DNA of 32,000 nucleotides from Cardiobacterium valvarum (GTDB lineage Bacteria; Pseudomonadota; Gammaproteobacteria; Cardiobacteriales; Cardiobacteriaceae): NCBI RefSeq assembly GCF_900460955.1, contig NZ_UFUW01000001.1, positions 1,144,738 to 1,176,737 of the forward strand, read 5' to 3'. Shown piece by piece: positions 26,458 to 32,000 of this stretch (position 1 is its first letter; each line of letters starts with the position of its first letter). The notes under the pieces were generated by a model. It saw only the letters and a program-made list of their open reading frames with translations, ran no database searches and was not told where the DNA came from. The position numbers and the translations under genes were made by a program.

Positions 26458-29400
26458 CCGTCAATGCCGACAGCGCGAACAACGAAGGACACATCACGGC
26501 AGGCAGCATTGACGGCACGGCGCAAAACATGTTGAACGGCAGCCTGTGGGACGGTTGGCGCACTACCCGCGCGGTAAATGGCAAATTTGGCAGCTGGTTT
26601 CGTGATGACTACCAGATGTTCAATAATTACACCCCGCCCAATATTACCGAACCAGTTCAAATTTCCTTGGGGAGCTTAAATATCGGTGGCAACCGCTACG
26701 ACGGTACTGGTGGTGGCGGCGTTCCCTCCCCCGGCGGCAACGGTGGCGGCAACGGTGGCGGTGGCAACAACGGCACCACCATCGTGGACACCATTGACAA
26801 AAACGGCAAAACCGTCACCTACCAAACCATCAGCGACTACCAGCCCGCACTGCCGCAAAACAGCCTCTACCAAATCAACCCGGACAACATCGCCGCTCCG
26901 GACAGCATCCCGACCAACCCGGCCCGGGGCCTCTACACCCTTGACCCGACCTTCGCCCGCATCCTGCAAAAACGCCGCCCCGAACTCTTCGAGAACGGCG
27001 AGCTGATGCGCACGCCGATGAACCCGCACTACGACCGCTACAGCGACCTGAACGACAAAGGCGCGGCATACAGCGGTACCACGCAGGGCGTGCCCTACAT
27101 CGACTTCAGCCGCAGCATCGGCGACCGCTACTACAACCAGGAACTCGTCAGAAACCAAATCGCCCGCCTTACCGGCTACCGCTACCTCAAGGGCTACCAG
27201 GACGACAGCAGCCAATTCAACGCGCTGGTTGCTGCCGGCGAACGCCTGCGGGCCAAACTGCAACTTGCCCCCGGCGTTGCTCTGACAGCCGAGCACATGA
27301 AGAGCCTCAGCGAAGACGTCGTGCTGATGGTCAACAAAACCATCACCCTGCCCGATGGCCGCCAGATCGTGCGCCAGGTGCCGCAAGTTTATGCACAAAA
27401 ACGCCCGGATGACCTTGACACCAGCCGCCCAACCATTGGCGCAAACCGCATCGCCCTCAAAGGTAACTACCACAACAACGCCGGCGACATTGGTGGTCGC
27501 GACACCCTCAAACTTGATTACCGCAACATTGACCACAGCGGTACATACACCAGCAACCACGGCGACGTCCATGCCAGCGACACCTACAACGGCAGCGCGG
27601 GCACCATCAATGCCGGCAAATACTTCAAAGCCACTGCCGGCAAACAGTTCAACTTCCAGCCCAAAACCGCCGACCACAACGAAAACGCTGCCAAAGACGC
27701 GGGCAAGAGCTACCACAACAGCCACACCATCATTGCTGAAGGCCGGCTCAAACGCTACGCCACGGGCAGCACCGTTATCCTCGGCGAAGCAGACGAAACC
27801 AACATCGGCACCACCGCACTCGACCTCGGCGACAAAACCAGCACCACCCTCATCCAGGGCAAAAAAACCGACCTGGGTGCAGAATTTGTCTACGAACAAA
27901 CCCTCGACAAAAAGAACGCGGGCAACTACGACTACCACTACCGGGGCGAACACAAAGGCGTGCACACCAGCGGCGACGGCAAACTGGCCGTCATCGCCAC
28001 CGATGGCAAACTGACCATGAAAGCCGCCGAACTCGACAGCGGCAAAAGCCAGGTATACCTCTACGGTGCCAAAGGCGTTGACGCCGAGGCGGGGGAAATT
28101 GTTGAGCACACCATCAGCGCCCGCGAAAGCAAACAACGCGGCTTCCTCAAACGCACCCACACGCGCGACTACGTCGAAACCGAAATCCATCAGAACAAAG
28201 CCGGCACCATCACCGGCGATACCGTCGTCGTGGCGGCGGGACAAGGCGACATCAACGCCACCGGCATGCACATCGTCAGCGACCACGGCACCATGCTGCA
28301 TACTGACAAAGGCGACATCAACCTTAAAGCCGGCAAAAACAGCTATCGCAGCGTCGAAAAACACAGCAAACACAAAACCGGTCTGATGGGTTCCGGCGGC
28401 TGGGGCGTATTCCTCGGCAGCCGCCGTCAGAGCGGCGAGACCGAACTCGACATCAAGGCCCCCGCCCCGACCCTGGTTGGCGCGATCGACGGCAACATCC
28501 ACATCCAGGCGGGCGGCCACTACGATGGCACGGGCGCCCTGGTACATGCTGGACGCGAAGGCGGGCCGCTCACCAAAGAACAATGGCTGCAGATGAGCGA
28601 AACCGAACGCAACCGCGCCGGCAACATCTACTTCAGCGCCGAAAGCGGCAGCCTGCGTGCGGCGCGCGGCAGCCAAGACCACGAAATGCACAGCCACTAC
28701 AAACAGACCGGCTTCACCGCCAACCTGGGCGGCGCCGTGGTCAACGTCGCCCAGACCGCCCTGCAAACCATGAAAACCCTGAGCGAGGGCGATAACGCCC
28801 GCGTCCGGACCATGAACACGCTCAACAACACCTGGGCCAACTACAAAGGCATCGAAGCCCTCCGCAAAGCCCTGGACAGATCCGAGGGCAACACCGACAA
28901 AAACCTCATCAACATCCAGATTACCCTGGGCGGCCAGCACAGCACCGTGCACCACAAAGCCCACGAAGATACCCTGCTGCCCAGTCAGATGACCGGCGAC
29001 AGCGGCGTGTACGTTGACATCAAAGGTAAAGGCGAAGGCAGCACCCTGGACGTCATCAGTTCCGACCTGGCGGGCAGCGCCATCACCCGCCTCAACGTCG
29101 AAGGCAAAAAGACCTTCGCTGCCGACAGCGTGCACAAAACCATCGAGAGCAGCCAGCACAGTGGCGGCGGTGGTGGCGGCGTCGCCATCATGTGGGGCTC
29201 GGGCGGCGGCGGTTTCGGCTTTACCGGCAACGCCAACATCGGTAAAGGCAAAACCAGCGGCAACAGCACCACCTACCGCCTGAGCCACATCGGCGGCCTG
29301 CAGGGCCACACCGACATCGGCGACGGCAAAACCCTGCTCAACGGCGCCCAAATCCTCGGCAAAAGCCTGGAAGGCAACACGCGCGACCTCGTCGCCATCA

Positions 29401-32000
29401 GCCCGCAAGGCACCATGGACTACGACAGCAAAAACTTCGCCCTATCCGGCTCCGTCCTCTACGGCTACGGCTTCGCAGCCGACCTGAACGGCGAAAAAAC
29501 CCGCGTCTGGGCAAACGAAAAAACCATCAACAAAGAAAGCGGCGGCAGAGACGCCATTACGAGCGTCAACAGCAACAACGCCCGCATCAACGCCTGGAAA
29601 AAAGACGTCCAACAAAACGACGCCGTCGCCAATGCCCAGCAGGGCACCATCGGCGGGCAGAGCGGCTTCTTCGCGGGCGACGACGGCTTCCGCATCAAAA
29701 ACAGCGGCACCGCCACCCTCGAAGGTGCGACCTTTGTCAGCACGGCTAAAGCCGAAGCCGAAGGCAGAAACCACTTCAGCACCGACCGCCTTATCCGCAA
29801 AGACCTGGAAAACCACAGCGAATACAAAGGCAAAAGCGTGGCGCTCGGCCTGAGCGCCGTCTTTAGTGGCGACAAAAACAACGGCACCTCACAACAAATC
29901 CAGTGGCTGGGCGAAAACTTCAGCCCCATCAACGTAGGTGAAAGCGGCCTGAGCAGCCGCTTCGGCTATGACCGCACCAATAAAAACGATCGCGGCACCA
30001 CCTACGCGAGCATCAACACTGCGAACATCACCATCAACGACGCGGCGGGCCAACAAGCGCTGACGGGAGAAAGCGTGGCCGATACCATCCGTAACGCCAA
30101 CCGTGGCATGACGCTCGCGACCGCGAAAGAGCAAAGCGGCGCGGCCGATGCCCACTTTGATGCGGCGAAAGTCGAAAACAGCGTGCGCACCAACGCACAA
30201 GTGATGAAAACCTTCACCGGCACCGTACAAGAAGTCAAAGGCGACCTGCGCAAGTGGGCAGAAGAAAATCGCCGAGAATCCATATACCAACGAGACCCGG
30301 AAAAGCGGGCTGCCCAACTGCAACGCGCAGAACAACAAGAACAACTGGCCGTTGCGGTGGACATGCTCGGCGGCGCCCTCGCCCCGGCGAACAGCGCAGC
30401 CGGCAGCATAGCCAACACCCTGGCGCCGGCCATCGCCTACAAAATCGGACAAGAAGCCAAACAACGCGGACTGGAAGGCACCCCAGGACACATCGCCGCG
30501 CACACCCTGCTGGCAGGGGCGAGGACTGCGTTGAATGGCGGCAGCACCGGCGAAGTATTGGCCAGTGCCGCAATAACCGGTACCGCCGAATACAGCGCGC
30601 CGCAGCTGGCCAAACTCCTCTACGACAAAGACATCAGCCAACTGACGGCGGCGGAAAAAAGCGCGCTCGGCCAGACTATCGGTGCCCTGACGACGGGGGC
30701 AGGCGCGATGACGGGCGGCAATAGTGCCACGACCTACAACACAGGGAAAACCGCGCAGAATGCGGTGGAGAATAATGCCTTGTATGCGAATGAAGAAAAA
30801 GAACGACATGATGCAAGAGTACTACTTAAGCATAAAGCCTATAAAAACGAAGAAGAGAAAAACAAGCTAGAAAATACAATTAAAGAACTTAATATAAAGG
30901 ATGAGGTTTTTGATTATAATTTAATAAACTCTTGCCAAGAGTTATCATCAGCAGCATGTGTCGAAAACAGAAAAATTCTAACAGACATGCAAAATAGCTA
31001 TAATAACTCTATTGGAAATTCATATACTGCTCGTATGCGTGATATATATCCCATAGGAGAAAAAAATGTAAATAGGCTTATAGGGTTATATGCGGCACAA
31101 GATGAAAAAATAAATCGGGATAATATTGTTAAAACAATCGCAAATAATTGGAATATAAGCCAAGAAGCAGCAGAACTATGGTATAAAACAATAAATTTCA
31201 CCCATAATATAGGACTGGTTGCTAGTATGGGGTACATGCACCCTATTAGTACCAATATTGCCCCCTCTAAATATACAAACCGTGCGATAATTAGCAACAA
31301 ATCTTCAGCTATTGAGACGGCTAGAGGCAAAGCTCGACCTACAGAAAATAACTATGTAAACCGTGCGGCGATTAATAATGAATCTCCTGTTGGTACTAGC
31401 AGTTTTCCTCATCCCAACCCGGCGAGTACTACATGGCGTATCGAGGGAGTAGAGTGGAATAAAGCCTCTTTACCGGACAAAACTGCCGGAGCATTGGATA
31501 CAAAAACATTGCAGGTGCCGGGGATAACAGATGGTACGAATTTCTATAGCAATAGGAATGTTCAAAGCATCAAAGGTAATGTAACTAATAAATTGATACC
31601 CAAGTCTAAAGGTGTTGGTAGTGCGGAATACGGAATATATACTAGCGTAAAGTCTCTTGATGAAGTTTTCCCAGAATTAACCAATCCGGACATCAACCCT
31701 CATTACAAAGTAGGTGCACCACCTGGAACTAATATAAATTGTGTAAACTGTGTAAATACAGTTACACAACGGCTAACAGGAAAAAATCCTAGAGATATCA
31801 AAGCAATAGCAGATAATACTAAATTATATGCTAATCCAAATGGCCTATTACCTAGCATGCCGACTGGATTTAGTCCAGATGTTGTAACGCCTGCACAAGC
31901 AATAGCTGCAATGAAAGAAGCTGGTGATGGTATTACAGGCGCTATAGTTATTAAGCAACCTAGTGGAATATCTCATGCAATAAGTGTAGTCAATCGAGGC
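26319..32000 (+). CDS. cdiA: CdiA continuation in frame 3 (open from 26319 to the window end; recognisable CdiA sequence from ~26400): central domain, FHA-2/pretoxin region, VENN motif and C-terminal toxin region (3' end off-window)
   Basis: I translated every codon from 26406 to 32000 by hand and found no stop. The sequence reads GVVRNVAPGKISVGGNLTVNADSANNEGHITAG..., then ...LTAEHMKSLSEDVVLMVNKTITLPDGRQIVRQVPQVYA..., and ends at ...TGKTAQNAVENNAL followed by an AT-rich CT. It is absent from the ORF track because it has no stop within the window. Confidence 0.88.
30765..30776 (+). other. VENN motif (pretoxin / CdiA-CT boundary)
   Basis: The codons gtg gag aat aat, in frame with the long ORF, give the context NAVENNALYANEE. 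Nucleotide composition changes abruptly at this point. Confidence 0.85.

Noticed and set aside
22876-30809. Series of long minus-strand ORFs (22876..23799, 25075..26385, 26676..29408 of 910 aa, 29889..30809)
   Set aside because: All lie antisense to cdiA, whose + frames carry unmistakable TPS/FHA/VENN motifs. The antisense products are repetitive Ala/Gly/Val strings. These shadow ORFs stop where the AT-rich CT begins, as expected for a GC-driven artefact.
30998-31330. Hydrophobic 110-aa minus-strand ORF inside the AT-rich region, considered as a possible membrane immunity protein
   Set aside because: It lies entirely antisense within the uninterrupted CdiA-CT reading frame. AT-rich DNA readily yields Ile/Leu/Phe-rich antisense ORFs. 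A cdiI gene is expected downstream of the cdiA stop on the same strand, which is beyond the window.

Overview
The window has two parts.

**Backbone (1 to ~13.3 kb).** This is high-GC chromosomal sequence with ordinary housekeeping genes:
- yebC (partial), an EamA/DMT transporter, and a pabB-pabC fusion
- a low-GC DUF2167 gene, trmA, a lipoprotein, and a small membrane protein
- recJ, hom, a heavily decayed alanine/glycine:cation symporter pseudogene, a hypothetical gene, and greA

**Accessory region (13.3 to 32 kb).**
- A decayed IS4-family element with intact 20-bp inverted repeats sits 8 bp after the greA terminator. It abuts an IS5-family transposase remnant.
- Next come tRNA-Ser(UGA) with its own terminator, a P4-type tyrosine integrase, an AT-rich repeat region, and an AlpA-like regulator.
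- A DUF927 helicase-like gene follows. It is interrupted by a single in-frame TGA.
- A dyad-symmetric array of ten GGGAAY hexamers comes next.
- The window ends with a two-partner-secretion / contact-dependent-inhibition operon (cdiB, then cdiA of more than 3,270 codons).

**cdiA.** It is split by one -1 frame change in the overlap 26319..26457, probably at an A5 run. I checked codon by codon that the downstream frame then stays open to the window end. It carries a VENN motif at 30765..30776. After that motif the sequence turns abruptly AT-rich and encodes a C-terminal region of at least 408 aa. Its last ~90 aa have a Cys/His pattern that suggests a papain-fold toxin. The immunity gene, if present, lies beyond the window.

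**Leads worth a second look.** The unassigned CdiA-CT, the GGGAAY dyad array, a 15-bp direct repeat bracketing the int-alpA-DUF927 module, and a 250-bp palindromic MITE-like element.

All family assignments come from reading motifs by eye. No database search was run.
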